Assembly (NCBI RefSeq): GCF_044324785.1
Contig: NZ_CP172127.1
Origin: Escherichia coli
GTDB lineage: Bacteria; Pseudomonadota; Gammaproteobacteria; Enterobacterales; Enterobacteriaceae
Direction: 5' to 3' (one strand)
DNA length: 64,000 nucleotides
Each line of letters starts with the position of its first letter. Position 1 is the first letter of the stretch. Below are positions 11,236-24,096 of the stretch, piece by piece. The notes beneath the pieces are model-generated. The model ran no database searches and had not been told where the DNA came from. It worked only from the letters and a program-made list of their open reading frames with translations. The translations under genes and the position numbers were made by a program.

Positions 11236-13737
11236 ATGGCCCTGATTGTGGAATTTATTTGTGAGCTACCTAACGGCGTCCATGCGCGTCCGGCAAGCCA
11301 CGTTGAAACGCTGTGTAATACTTTTTCATCACAAATTGAGTGGCATAACCTGCGCACTGACCGCAAGGGCAACGCCAAAAGCGCCCTTGCGCTGATTGGC
11401 ACCGATACGCTGGTGGGCGATAACTGCCAGTTGCTGATTTCCGGGGCCGACGAACAGGAAGCGTACCAGCGTTTAAGCCAATGGCTGCGCGATGAATTCC
11501 CCCACTGCGACGCACCGCTGGCGGAAGTTAAATCTGACGAGCTGGAGCCGCTGCCGGTTTCACTGACCAACCTGAATCCGCGAATTATCCGCGCCCGCAC
11601 CGTGTGCAGCGGTAGCGCAGGCGGCATTCTGACGCCGATCTCTTCTTTAGATCTCAATGCGCTGGGTAATCTTCCCGCTGCCAAAGGCGTTGACGCCGAG
11701 CAATCCGCGCTGGAAAACGGCCTGACGCTGGTACTGAAAAACATTGAGTTTCGTCTGCTGGATAGTGACGGTGCCACCAGCGCGATTCTGGAAGCGCACC
11801 GCTCCCTGGCTGGCGATACTTCCCTGCGCGAACATTTACTGGCAGGCGTCAGCGCCGGATTAAGCTGCGCCGAAGCAATTGTTGCCAGCGCGAATCACTT
11901 TTGTGAAGAGTTCACCCGTTCCAGCAGCAGCTACCTGCAAGAACGTGCCCTGGACGTACGCGACGTCTGCTTCCAGTTACTCCAGCAAATCTACGGTGAG
12001 CAACGCTTCCCGGCACCGGGCAAACTGACGCAGCCCGCCATTTGTATGGCTGATGAACTGACCCCCAGCCAGTTCCTCGAACTGGATAAAAATCACCTCA
12101 AAGGATTGTTGCTCAAAAGCGGCGGCACCACCTCACATACGGTGATCCTTGCCCGTTCGTTCAACATTCCGACGCTGGTTGGTGTGGATATTGATGCCCT
12201 TACCCCGTGGCAACATCAAACGATTTATATCGACGGCAACGCCGGAGCGATTGTGGTTGAGCCAGGGGAAGCCGTAGCCCGTTATTATCAGCAAGAAGCC
12301 CGCGTACAGGATGCCCTGCGTGAGCAACAGCGTGTCTGGCTGACCCAACAAGCCCGTACCGCTGACGGTATCCGCATTGAAATTGCTGCTAACATCGCTC
12401 ACTCCGTGGAAGCGCAGGCCGCATTCGGCAATGGTGCGGAAGGCGTTGGTTTGTTCCGCACTGAAATGCTCTATATGGATCGCACCAGCGCACCGGGCGA
12501 AAGCGAGTTGTATAACATTTTTTGTCAGGCGCTGGAGTCCGCCAACGGGCGCAGCATTATTGTGCGCACTATGGACATTGGCGGTGACAAACCCGTTGAT
12601 TATCTGAACATTCCCGCAGAGGCAAACCCGTTCCTCGGTTATCGCGCCGTGCGTATTTATGAAGAGTACGCGTCGTTATTTACCACACAACTACGGTCGA
12701 TTCTCCGTGCCTCCGCTCACGGCAGCCTGAAAATCATGATCCCGATGATCTCTTCAATGGAAGAGATCTTATGGGTGAAAGAAAAACTGGCGGAAGCCAA
12801 ACAGCAACTGCGTAACGAACACATTCCGTTTGATGAGAAGATCCAGCTCGGCATCATGCTGGAAGTGCCGTCGGTGATGTTCATCATCGATCAATGCTGT
12901 GAAGAGATTGATTTCTTTAGTATTGGTAGTAATGACCTGACGCAATATCTGCTGGCAGTGGATCGCGATAACGCTAAGGTTACTCGTCACTATAACAGCC
13001 TGAATCCAGCATTCTTGCGGGCGCTCGATTACGCCGTGCAGGCGGTGCATCGCCAGGGCAAATGGATTGGTCTGTGCGGTGAACTGGGAGCGAAAGGTTC
13101 CGTGCTGCCATTGCTGGTCGGTTTAGGGCTGGATGAACTCAGCATGAGCGCACCATCAATTCCGGCGGCGAAAGCGCGAATGGCGCAACTTGATAGCCGT
13201 GAGTGCCGCCAGTTGCTCAACCAGGCAATGGCCTGCCGTACTTCGCTGGAAGTGGAACACCTGCTGGCACAATTCCGCATGACCCAACAGGACGCACCAC
13301 TGGTCACCGCCGAGTGCATCACGCTGGAAAGCGACTGGCGCAGCAAAGAAGAAGTGCTCAAAGGCATGACCGATAACCTGCTGCTGGCAGGGCGCTGCCG
13401 CTATCCGCGTAAACTGGAAGCCGACTTGTGGGCGCGCGAGGCCGTTTTCTCTACCGGTCTGGGCTTTAGTTTTGCCATTCCACACAGCAAATCAGAACAC
13501 ATTGAGCAATCCACCATCAGCGTAGCGCGTCTGCAAGCGCCGGTGCGCTGGGGCGATGATGAAGCGCAATTCATCATTATGTTAACCCTGAACAAACACG
13601 CTGCGGGCGATCAGCATATGCGCATTTTCTCGCGCCTCGCTCGCCGCATCATGCACGAAGAATTCCGTAACGCGCTGGTTAACGCCGCCTCTGCCGACGC
13701 TATCGCCAGCCTGCTGCAACATGAACTGGAACTGTAA
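11236..13737 (+). CDS. ptsA: multidomain PEP-protein phosphotransferase (HPr-like / Enzyme I / EIIA-like fusion)
   Basis: 833-aa ORF; N-terminal HPr-like region (GVHARPASH), central Enzyme I PEP-utilising region, C-terminal EIIA(Fru)-like region; divergent from frwC. Confidence 0.93.
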   Translation: MALIVEFICELPNGVHARPASHVETLCNTFSSQIEWHNLRTDRKGNAKSALALIGTDTLVGDNCQLLISGADEQEAYQRLSQWLRDEFPHCDAPLAEVKSDELEPLPVSLTNLNPRIIRARTVCSGSAGGILTPISSLDLNALGNLPAAKGVDAEQSALENGLTLVLKNIEFRLLDSDGATSAILEAHRSLAGDTSLREHLLAGVSAGLSCAEAIVASANHFCEEFTRSSSSYLQERALDVRDVCFQLLQQIYGEQRFPAPGKLTQPAICMADELTPSQFLELDKNHLKGLLLKSGGTTSHTVILARSFNIPTLVGVDIDALTPWQHQTIYIDGNAGAIVVEPGEAVARYYQQEARVQDALREQQRVWLTQQARTADGIRIEIAANIAHSVEAQAAFGNGAEGVGLFRTEMLYMDRTSAPGESELYNIFCQALESANGRSIIVRTMDIGGDKPVDYLNIPAEANPFLGYRAVRIYEEYASLFTTQLRSILRASAHGSLKIMIPMISSMEEILWVKEKLAEAKQQLRNEHIPFDEKIQLGIMLEVPSVMFIIDQCCEEIDFFSIGSNDLTQYLLAVDRDNAKVTRHYNSLNPAFLRALDYAVQAVHRQGKWIGLCGELGAKGSVLPLLVGLGLDELSMSAPSIPAAKARMAQLDSRECRQLLNQAMACRTSLEVEHLLAQFRMTQQDAPLVTAECITLESDWRSKEEVLKGMTDNLLLAGRCRYPRKLEADLWAREAVFSTGLGFSFAIPHSKSEHIEQSTISVARLQAPVRWGDDEAQFIIMLTLNKHAAGDQHMRIFSRLARRIMHEEFRNALVNAASADAIASLLQHELEL

Positions 13738-13748
13738 AAGGAAACATC

Positions 13749-14411
13749 ATGGAACTGTATCTGGACACCGCTAACGTCGCAGAAGTCGAACGTCTGGCAC
13801 GCATATTCCCGATTGCCGGGGTGACAACTAACCCGAGCATTATCGCTGCCAGCAAGGAGTCCATCTGGGAAGTGCTGCCGCGTCTGCAAAAAGCGATTGG
13901 TGATGAAGGCATTCTGTTTGCACAGACCATGAGTCGTGATGCGCAGGGAATGGTGGAAGAAGCGAAGCGCCTGCGCGACACCATTCCGGGCATTGTGGTG
14001 AAAATCCCGGTGACTTCCGAAGGTCTGGCCGCCATTAAGATGCTGAAAAAAGAGGGTATTACTACACTTGGCACCGCAGTGTACAGTGCTGCACAAGGGT
14101 TACTGGCCGCGCTGGCAGGGGCAAAATACGTTGCTCCGTATGTTAATCGCGTAGATGCCCAGGGCGGAGACGGCATTCGTACGGTTCAGGAGCTGCAAGC
14201 ACTGTTAGAAATGCACGCGCCAGAAAGCATGGTGCTGGCAGCCAGCTTTAAAACGCCGCGTCAGGCGCTGGACTGTTTACTAGCAGGATGTGAATCCATC
14301 ACCCTGCCCTTAGATGTAGCGCAACAAATGCTCAACACCCCTGCGGTAGAGTCAGCTATAGAGAAGTTCGAACACGACTGGAATGCCGCATTTGGCACTA
14401 CTCATCTCTAA
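13749..14411 (+). CDS. fsaB: fructose-6-phosphate aldolase 2 (transaldolase-like)
   Basis: 220-aa [35 protein letters not shown], recognised as FsaB/TalC. Confidence 0.95.
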   Translation: MELYLDTANVAEVERLARIFPIAGVTTNPSIIAASKESIWEVLPRLQKAIGDEGILFAQTMSRDAQGMVEEAKRLRDTIPGIVVKIPVTSEGLAAIKMLKKEGITTLGTAVYSAAQGLLAALAGAKYVAPYVNRVDAQGGDGIRTVQELQALLEMHAPESMVLAASFKTPRQALDCLLAGCESITLPLDVAQQMLNTPAVESAIEKFEHDWNAAFGTTHL

Positions 14412-14421
14412 AGGAGCAATT

Positions 14422-15525
14422 ATGGACCGCATTATTCAATCACCGGGTAAATACATCCAGGGCGCTGATGTGATTAATCGTCTGGGAGAATACCTGAAGC
14501 CACTGGCAGAACGCTGGTTAGTGGTGGGTGACAAATTTGTTTTAGGTTTTGCTCAATCCACTGTCGAGAAAAGCTTTAAAGATGCTGGACTGGTAGTAGA
14601 AATTGCGCCGTTTGGCGGTGAATGTTCGCAAAATGAGATCGACCGTCTGCGTGGCATCGCGGAGACTGCGCAGTGTGGCGCAATTCTCGGTATCGGTGGC
14701 GGAAAAACCCTCGATACTGCCAAAGCACTGGCACATTTCATGGGTGTTCCGGTAGCGATCGCACCGACTATCGCCTCTACCGATGCACCGTGCAGCGCAT
14801 TGTCTGTTATCTACACCGATGATGGTGAATTTGACCGCTATCTGATGTTGCCAAATAACCCGAATATGGTCATTGTCGACACCAAAATCGTCGCTGGCGC
14901 ACCTGCACGTCTGTTAGCGGCGGGTATCGGCGATGCGCTGGCAACCTGGTTTGAAGCGCGTGCTTGCTCTCGTAGCGGCGCGACCACCATGGCGGGCGGC
15001 AAGTGCACCCAGGCGGCGCTGGCACTGGCTGAACTGTGCTACAACACCCTGCTGGAAGAAGGCGAAAAAGCGATGCTTGCCGCCGAACAGCATGTAGTGA
15101 CTCCGGCGCTGGAGCGCGTGATTGAAGCGAACACCTATTTGAGCGGCGTGGGTTTTGAAAGCGGAGGTCTGGCTGCGGCGCACGCAGTACATAACGGCCT
15201 GACCGCTATTCCAGATGCGCATCACTATTATCACGGTGAAAAAGTGGCATTCGGTACGCTGACGCAGCTGGTTCTGGAAAACGCGCCGGTGGAGGAAATC
15301 GAAACCGTAGCTGCACTTAGCCATGCGGTAGGTTTGCCAATAACTCTCGCTCAACTGGATATTAAAGAAGATGTCCCGGCGAAAATGCGAATTGTGGCAG
15401 AAGCGGCATGTGCAGAAGGTGAAACCATTCACAACATGCCTGGCGGCGCGACGCCAGATCAGGTTTACGCCGCACTGCTGGTAGCTGACCAGTATGGACA
15501 ACGTTTCCTGCAAGAGTGGGAATAA
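14422..15525 (+). CDS. gldA: glycerol dehydrogenase (iron-containing ADH family)
   Basis: ORF 14383-15525; internal ATG at 14422 preceded by aaggag gives [24 protein letters not shown] (367 aa), the GldA N-terminus. Confidence 0.93.
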   Translation: MDRIIQSPGKYIQGADVINRLGEYLKPLAERWLVVGDKFVLGFAQSTVEKSFKDAGLVVEIAPFGGECSQNEIDRLRGIAETAQCGAILGIGGGKTLDTAKALAHFMGVPVAIAPTIASTDAPCSALSVIYTDDGEFDRYLMLPNNPNMVIVDTKIVAGAPARLLAAGIGDALATWFEARACSRSGATTMAGGKCTQAALALAELCYNTLLEEGEKAMLAAEQHVVTPALERVIEANTYLSGVGFESGGLAAAHAVHNGLTAIPDAHHYYHGEKVAFGTLTQLVLENAPVEEIETVAALSHAVGLPITLAQLDIKEDVPAKMRIVAEAACAEGETIHNMPGGATPDQVYAALLVADQYGQRFLQEWE

Positions 15526-15529
15526 CCTA

Positions 15530-15564
15530 CTCCAAACTCCCGGCTTGTCCGGGAGTTTGAGAGT
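15530..15564 (+). terminator. stem-loop downstream of gldA (possible terminator; no clear T-tract)
   Basis: Perfect inverted repeat ctccaaactcccgg-cttgt-ccgggagtttgagag. Confidence 0.4.
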
Positions 15565-15602
15565 GCAGGCAAAGTGGCTCACTCGTCACTGCGGGCATGT
15601 TT

Positions 15603-15706
15603 TTCCCCCTCGCCCTTTCAGGGAGAGGTGCGGGGTGAGGGTAAATATTCGCCCCGGAGCTGGCCTGTTCCCCTCACCCTAACCCTCTCCCCAAAGGGGA
15701 GAGGGG
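15603..15706. repeat. GC-rich intergenic repeat (boxC-like), copy 2; two inverted partial units
   Basis: Contains tccccctcgccctttcagggagaggtgcggggtgagggtaaa and ccctcaccctaaccctctccccaaaggggagagggg, related to the copies at 47-106 and 62445-62625. Confidence 0.6.
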
Positions 15707-15855
15707 ACTGTTCGAGCACTTTTTATACGTTATCACCCGTCTGAAACTCCCACGTTGTTCAGGAATTTTTTATCCGCTTCTGGACATTTTCTCTACAGAA
15801 CAATCGTTAGCCCGGTAGGTCGAATCTGTGACTCTTATTTTCACGGACGAACCAG

Positions 15856-16473
15856 ATGAAAGCTTCACTGGCGCTGGTCAGCCTGCTAACGGCATTTACC
15901 AGCCACTCCTTAAAATCTCCCGCCATTCCACCAACCGTGGTACAAATTCAGGCCAACACCAACCTTGCCATCGCAGACGGTGCCAGACAGCAAATTGGCA
16001 GCACTCTATTTTACGATCCGGCGTATGTGCAGCTTACCTATCCTGGCGGTGATGTCCCACAAGAACGCGGTGTATGTTCCGATGTGGTGATCCGTGCATT
16101 GCGCAGCCAGAAGGTTGATTTGCAGAAACTGGTTCACGAAGATATGGCGAAGAATTTTGCCGATTATCCGCAAAAGTGGAAGTTAAAGCGCCCGGACAGC
16201 AACATCGATCACCGTCGGGTGCCTAATCTGGAAACCTGGTTTACCCGCCACGATAAAACACGCCCCACCAGCAAGAACCCCAGTGACTATCAAGCGGGCG
16301 ATATTGTCTCCTGGCGACTGGATAACGGGCTGGCGCATATTGGGGTGGTGTCAGATGGCTGTGCCCGCGACGGTACGCCGCTGGTGATACATAACATTGG
16401 CGCAGGCGCGCAGGAAGAAGACGTGCTGTTTAGCTGGCGGATGGTGGGGCACTATCGGTATTTTGTTCAATAA
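15856..16473 (+). CDS. yijF: DUF1287-family protein with N-terminal signal peptide
   Basis: 205-aa ORF MKASLALVSLLTAFTSHS; synteny between gldA and yijE. Confidence 0.88.
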   Translation: MKASLALVSLLTAFTSHSLKSPAIPPTVVQIQANTNLAIADGARQQIGSTLFYDPAYVQLTYPGGDVPQERGVCSDVVIRALRSQKVDLQKLVHEDMAKNFADYPQKWKLKRPDSNIDHRRVPNLETWFTRHDKTRPTSKNPSDYQAGDIVSWRLDNGLAHIGVVSDGCARDGTPLVIHNIGAGAQEEDVLFSWRMVGHYRYFVQ

Positions 16474-16499
16474 GCGATCGCCCCACATGAAGAAAAAAT

Positions 16500-17405
16500 T
16501 CAGATGCTTTTTACACTGACAGCTTCTTTTTTCTTACGGCTCACCAGCGCCAGTGCCAGCACAATCAGCACAATACCGCTACCTTCAACGGCCCCCGGAT
16601 TCTCACCGAGCAGCCACCAGGAAAAGAGTACGCCGCAAACGGGAACGGCCAGTGTGCTTAAACTGGCAATACTGGCAGGCAAGTTTTTCAATACAAACAA
16701 CCATAAGCTCCACGCCAGCGCCGTCGCCAGAATCGCACTGTAGGCCAGCGCCCAGAACACGGTAGGCTGCCAGTCAATTTCACGTTGCGGCACCAGTAAA
16801 GCGACCACACTCATCACCAGCGCCGCATACAGCATCTGCCAGGATGTTAACGACAATAAATCCACGCGCGGATGACGGGCATACAGACGTTTAGCAACAA
16901 TCGCGCTCGCCCCCCAACTAACACCGGAGAGGATTGCCAGCATGGCACTTTTCATCGAAGAGAAATCGAGTTGCCACGGCTGCAACACCAAAAATAAGCC
17001 GAAAGCGGCAATCAGTATCGCGAAATATTGCCCACGTCGCAGGCGTTCACCGAGAAACAACGCGGCGAAAATCACCACCCAGAACGGCATGGTATAGCTC
17101 AGGATCGCCACCTTCCCCGCTCCTCCGCTGACCAGCGCCCACTGCGCCAGGCCAACCATCCCACAGGTTTGTAACAGGGCAATGGCTAAGGTGTATTTAA
17201 ACGGTGTCGGGCGCATTCCGCGACCACGTAATAAAAGGACAATGAATAAAACGAGAGCGCCGAAAATGCAGCGTAAGGCGGTAAAGTCGAAGGCACCGAT
17301 GTAGCTGGTGACTTGCTTCATGAAAATCCAGCTATAACTCCAGATAAGTGTGAGCACAACCAGGCCACTGATTGCCAGTGGGTTGCTCTTTCCTGCGGCA
17401 GACAT
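16500..17405 (-). CDS. yijE: EamA/DMT-family inner-membrane transporter
   Basis: ORF 16500-17438 (312 aa); start placed at the internal Met ([17 protein letters not shown], 301 aa) to match the remembered annotation. The upstream ATG at 17438 is an alternative; neither has a strong SD. Confidence 0.85.
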   Translation of the reverse strand: MSAAGKSNPLAISGLVVLTLIWSYSWIFMKQVTSYIGAFDFTALRCIFGALVLFIVLLLRGRGMRPTPFKYTLAIALLQTCGMVGLAQWALVSGGAGKVAILSYTMPFWVVIFAALFLGERLRRGQYFAILIAAFGLFLVLQPWQLDFSSMKSAMLAILSGVSWGASAIVAKRLYARHPRVDLLSLTSWQMLYAALVMSVVALLVPQREIDWQPTVFWALAYSAILATALAWSLWLFVLKNLPASIASLSTLAVPVCGVLFSWWLLGENPGAVEGSGIVLIVLALALVSRKKKEAVSVKSI

Positions 17406-17497
17406 GAGAGATCCAGTGTGTAGTTTTCCTGTGGACACTATACGCCGGTAAAGAAACTTCAGCGACTGCCATCAGGCAGTCGCTGAAGAAGGTCAGA

Positions 17498-19790
<2,293 letters not shown>

Positions 19791-20006
19791 GAGATGTAGA
19801 TCAAATTGATCGTAATTAAGACTTTTTGATTATGTCCGATTTAGGACAAATGCTTTATAAAAAAGGGTTTTAGATTTGTATCCTTCAAGTAATGAGGGAG
19901 AAAACAAGGCTGATAACCTTATTTTCCCGCCCTCATTTCGAGGCAGCATTTTGTGCTCTGTTTAAAATTTGTGATCACTGTGTGATTTTCACAAAAGGCA
20001 CAATAC

Positions 20007-20900
<894 letters not shown>

Positions 20901-20939
20901 TTACCTCATCAATCGCTTGTCGTTATATGTTGTGTTGTG

Positions 20940-20980
20940 CACATCTATCCGTTTAGACGTCCAGATGTAAAGATGAAGGA
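20940..20980 (-). promoter_or_regulatory. candidate MetJ operator (tandem met-box-like 8-mers) in the metF promoter
   Basis: Minus strand reads ...tacatctggacgtctaaacggatagatgt, i.e. tandem degenerate AGACGTCT-like boxes 45-85 bp upstream of metF. Confidence 0.5.
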
Positions 20981-21189
20981 AAAGCTAAAGGGCGTCAACC
21001 GAAAAATGACCAATGATAGTGAGGAAAAATCAGGGAAGATGAAAAAAACTCATCTTAATTAGAGGCGATAAGAGATTTCTCTATAGCGCAATCCATCTCG
21101 CACGTTTTGACTAATATTCTGACAACACAGCGACACCTGGGCTAATTCGAAAAACAACCTCCTGCCACCGGATGGTGATGCTAAGGCAT

Positions 21190-21222
21190 CTGATTCGGCC
21201 TGCGCTCTCACGTAGGCCGAAT
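21190..21222. repeat. REP-like palindromic unit near the left edge of the metF-metL insert
   Basis: Inverted repeat attcggcctgcg...cgtaggccgaat. Confidence 0.4.
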
Positions 21223-21279
21223 AATGGATCTGCAAAATCAACTGGTAGCAAACAGATGAATCAACTTAATACATACTTT

Positions 21280-22833
21280 TTACTTGATATCCTTCACACG
21301 CATACCGTTGATCTGTTCATCCGTGATGGTATTGCCCGCTTTGAAGTAATCAACCACGGCGTGATAAACGTAATAACCGCCCGTTGTGTTACGCGCTCTC
21401 CCTTCGGTGAAGGCGCTAAAACCATCGCCACCATCAGCAAGGAAACTCTGAGTAGCAATGTGGTAAACCGTCGCATCTTCAATGGGTTTGCCATTCAGAG
21501 TCAGCGAGATAACCCGCTGACCAACCGGCTTACTGCTGTCGTACTTCATTTCCAGGCCTTTCGATACCTGTAAAACGCCATTACTTAAACTTGCGCCGTG
21601 TTCCATCAAACTGCGTAATTGTTTACCCGTGAGATCCATCGTCACCAGTTCGTTGGGGAACGGGAAGGTACTGATGACGCCGCCCATCGTAATCGCCCCT
21701 GCGGGGATCTCATTGCGAATACCGCCAGAGTTGGTTAAAGCCAATTGAGTGTTTTTACCCGCCGCTACCAGTAAAGCGTCCGCCGCCAGGTTCCCCAGGG
21801 ATGCCGATTCACCATAGGCACGTTTTAATTCAACCGGCGATTTCGCGACCGTTTGTTGCACCACTTCATCAAGCTTTTTATTCCAGCCGTCGATCACCTG
21901 TTTCGTTTGCGGATCGGGCTTCCACTCGTCGGCGTAAATGGTTTTAAGCTCGAAGTTTTTCACCGTAAAATCATGCGGCTTCTCTTTGTAGTCGAGAACC
22001 AGTTTGCCCACATCAATCCCGCCACTGTCAGTGGAAAGGATGAGCGTATTGCCGACTTTAATCGGTTCCGGCGTACCCACATGTGCATGTCCGGTGATCA
22101 AAATATCCAGCCCTTTCACCTGACTTGCCGTCTGAATATCTTTATCCAGTGCGCGACGCACATCAGTCCCTCCCATACTGGACTGGCGGGCCGGAACACC
22201 TTCGTGGATCAGGGCGACGGTCAAATCAACCTTGCCTTTGAGTTCATCGATATAACGTTGTAGCCATTTAATTTCATCACGCGCTTCAATACCCACTCGC
22301 GTGGCAGCAGATACTGTGTCATTAAAGGCAAATACACCGTGCAAACCTATAACGCCTATTTTCACACCGTCTTTTTCGATGATGGTATAGGGCTTATCCC
22401 AGAATGATTTACTGCTGTTCTGATAAAAAACATTGCCCTGCACAATCGGGAATTTTGCCTGACTCAACTGTAATAATGTGTTGTCCCAGCCGTGGTCAAA
22501 TTCATGGTTACCCATCGTGACAGCATCGAATGGCATGGTATTCATAATATCGATAATAGCCTTGCCTTTGGTCAGGCTGCTGATATATGGCCCGGTAAAA
22601 TAGTCGCCCGCATCAAAAAACCATGTCGCCTTATTTTTTGCTTTTTCTTGCTTAACCAGCGTAGTGATATTTGCCCAGCCGCCAATATCCCGTTTACCGT
22701 CCGCAATCCACGGCACTTTATAAGGCTCTACATGTGCATGGAGGTCGTTGGTATAAATAATGGTGACATCTTTAGCGCAAGCCCAGAATGGCAGTGTTAA
22801 TGCGATACCCGCAGCAAGTATTTTAATTTTCAT
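21280..22833 (-). CDS. secreted bifunctional metallophosphatase / 5'-nucleotidase (UshA-like)
   Basis: 517-aa ORF with signal peptide ([20 protein letters not shown]), calcineurin-like metallophosphoesterase motifs (DLHAHV, GNHEFD, GHAH) and a C-terminal 5'-nucleotidase-like region. Low-GC; absent from the K-12 metF-metL interval as I remember it. Confidence 0.8.
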   Translation of the reverse strand: MKIKILAAGIALTLPFWACAKDVTIIYTNDLHAHVEPYKVPWIADGKRDIGGWANITTLVKQEKAKNKATWFFDAGDYFTGPYISSLTKGKAIIDIMNTMPFDAVTMGNHEFDHGWDNTLLQLSQAKFPIVQGNVFYQNSSKSFWDKPYTIIEKDGVKIGVIGLHGVFAFNDTVSAATRVGIEARDEIKWLQRYIDELKGKVDLTVALIHEGVPARQSSMGGTDVRRALDKDIQTASQVKGLDILITGHAHVGTPEPIKVGNTLILSTDSGGIDVGKLVLDYKEKPHDFTVKNFELKTIYADEWKPDPQTKQVIDGWNKKLDEVVQQTVAKSPVELKRAYGESASLGNLAADALLVAAGKNTQLALTNSGGIRNEIPAGAITMGGVISTFPFPNELVTMDLTGKQLRSLMEHGASLSNGVLQVSKGLEMKYDSSKPVGQRVISLTLNGKPIEDATVYHIATQSFLADGGDGFSAFTEGRARNTTGGYYVYHAVVDYFKAGNTITDEQINGMRVKDIK

Positions 22834-22965
22834 AAACAGTCCCTTTCAGTGAGATAAAGGATTGCTACATTACGTTCTGAAAGAGTTATTTATGTGAGAG
22901 TAATCACATCCACAGGGGAGCGTTGCCGGACAAAATCAACGACCATGTGAAATCGTTGGTGATAT

Positions 22966-24096
22966 ATGTCGACTCTGTTTACGATTAATGCCTGCAAGTC
23001 GTTTGGTTGCCGTAATTTAGGGCAGCCAACATCGACAGATTATAGCTGGCCCGACTATCGACTGGGTTATCCGGCACTGCACTGTCGGGCATGTGGCAGT
23101 TACCCGCCGTTGTTTGACGAGCAACAATTTCGTGACTGGTTGACAGTTCACTTATCTACTTTTGCAACAGAGAAAGGCCATTTTTGCCCGGTATGTTATG
23201 GTACAGATACGATTTGTTATGGTCACAATCCACAGGGTTCGCAACGCATTCAATGCCGTAACTGCAAAAAAGTATGGACACCCAAACAATATCAGAAAGA
23301 AATAACGACTCCCGAAATAATCGAAACGGTTGCTTTTCTCGTGCCATTTCAGGGAGTCAGCAGCGGGCAGAAACTGTATGTTTTAATCAGTTTTGATGCT
23401 CTTCGCGGTAATATTCTTCATCTTTCTACTAATTACACGCAGCATCAGGCTGGAGAAAGTCTGCATTATCGATACAGAGGGAATGCAGAACCAGAGTTAC
23501 ACGAGAGTAATATTGTACAACGCGTTGATATGCGGGAAGCACAATTTCTACGCCGCAGTCAGTTTGATGAAATTCAGTATGGCAGCGCAGCGCTCAAACG
23601 CAATGCTAAAGGTGTTATTCTGCGTCCGGTTATCACTGCACACGGGCATTTCAGAGTACTGAATATTTTATTCCCTACAGTAAAAACACATGTAATTTCA
23701 CACGAGTGTTTTTTAAGAGGTGCCATTATTACGGCATGGGCTGATCTGTTTCGCCAACAGCAAGGTGAGATTTGGTTTATTGAAGAGGAAATAGCTGACG
23801 ATACCGATAATATGCCCTGGAGTTTTCAGGGAACAACTTATCACGGCTGGTGGAAAAATCAGTGGCAACTTTGGGGTCAGGGCAAAAATCGTAAAATGGT
23901 ATGTGCATTAACGGGCGGAAAGAGTAGCAAAGCAGAAATGCTCTCTTTAGCAACCAGCAGACATTTTATCGACTGGCTACATAAACAAGCAGTATTTACT
24001 CACAGCACCCCGCTTTCCGCAGGGCGCGTTACGCAAATACTGCTTTCTCTGGCTCAGGATTACAACAACTGCGCCAGGCGGTTAATATCCGACTGA
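22966..24096 (+). CDS. hypothetical protein with N-terminal Cys-rich zinc-ribbon-like motifs
   Basis: 376-aa ORF; N-terminal CxxC pairs (CKSFGC, CRAC, CPVC, CRNC) within ~100 aa; no recognisable catalytic motif in the remainder; low-GC; 3' end overlaps the convergent metL by 37 bp. Confidence 0.55.
   Translation: MSTLFTINACKSFGCRNLGQPTSTDYSWPDYRLGYPALHCRACGSYPPLFDEQQFRDWLTVHLSTFATEKGHFCPVCYGTDTICYGHNPQGSQRIQCRNCKKVWTPKQYQKEITTPEIIETVAFLVPFQGVSSGQKLYVLISFDALRGNILHLSTNYTQHQAGESLHYRYRGNAEPELHESNIVQRVDMREAQFLRRSQFDEIQYGSAALKRNAKGVILRPVITAHGHFRVLNILFPTVKTHVISHECFLRGAIITAWADLFRQQQGEIWFIEEEIADDTDNMPWSFQGTTYHGWWKNQWQLWGQGKNRKMVCALTGGKSSKAEMLSLATSRHFIDWLHKQAVFTHSTPLSAGRVTQILLSLAQDYNNCARRLISD

Noticed and set aside
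11136-11777. 213-aa minus-strand ORF overlapping the ptsA start
   Set aside because: Overlaps the 5' part of ptsA on the opposite strand and extends into the promoter region; no RBS or recognisable protein features; Ser/Ala/Arg-rich composition typical of antisense frames.
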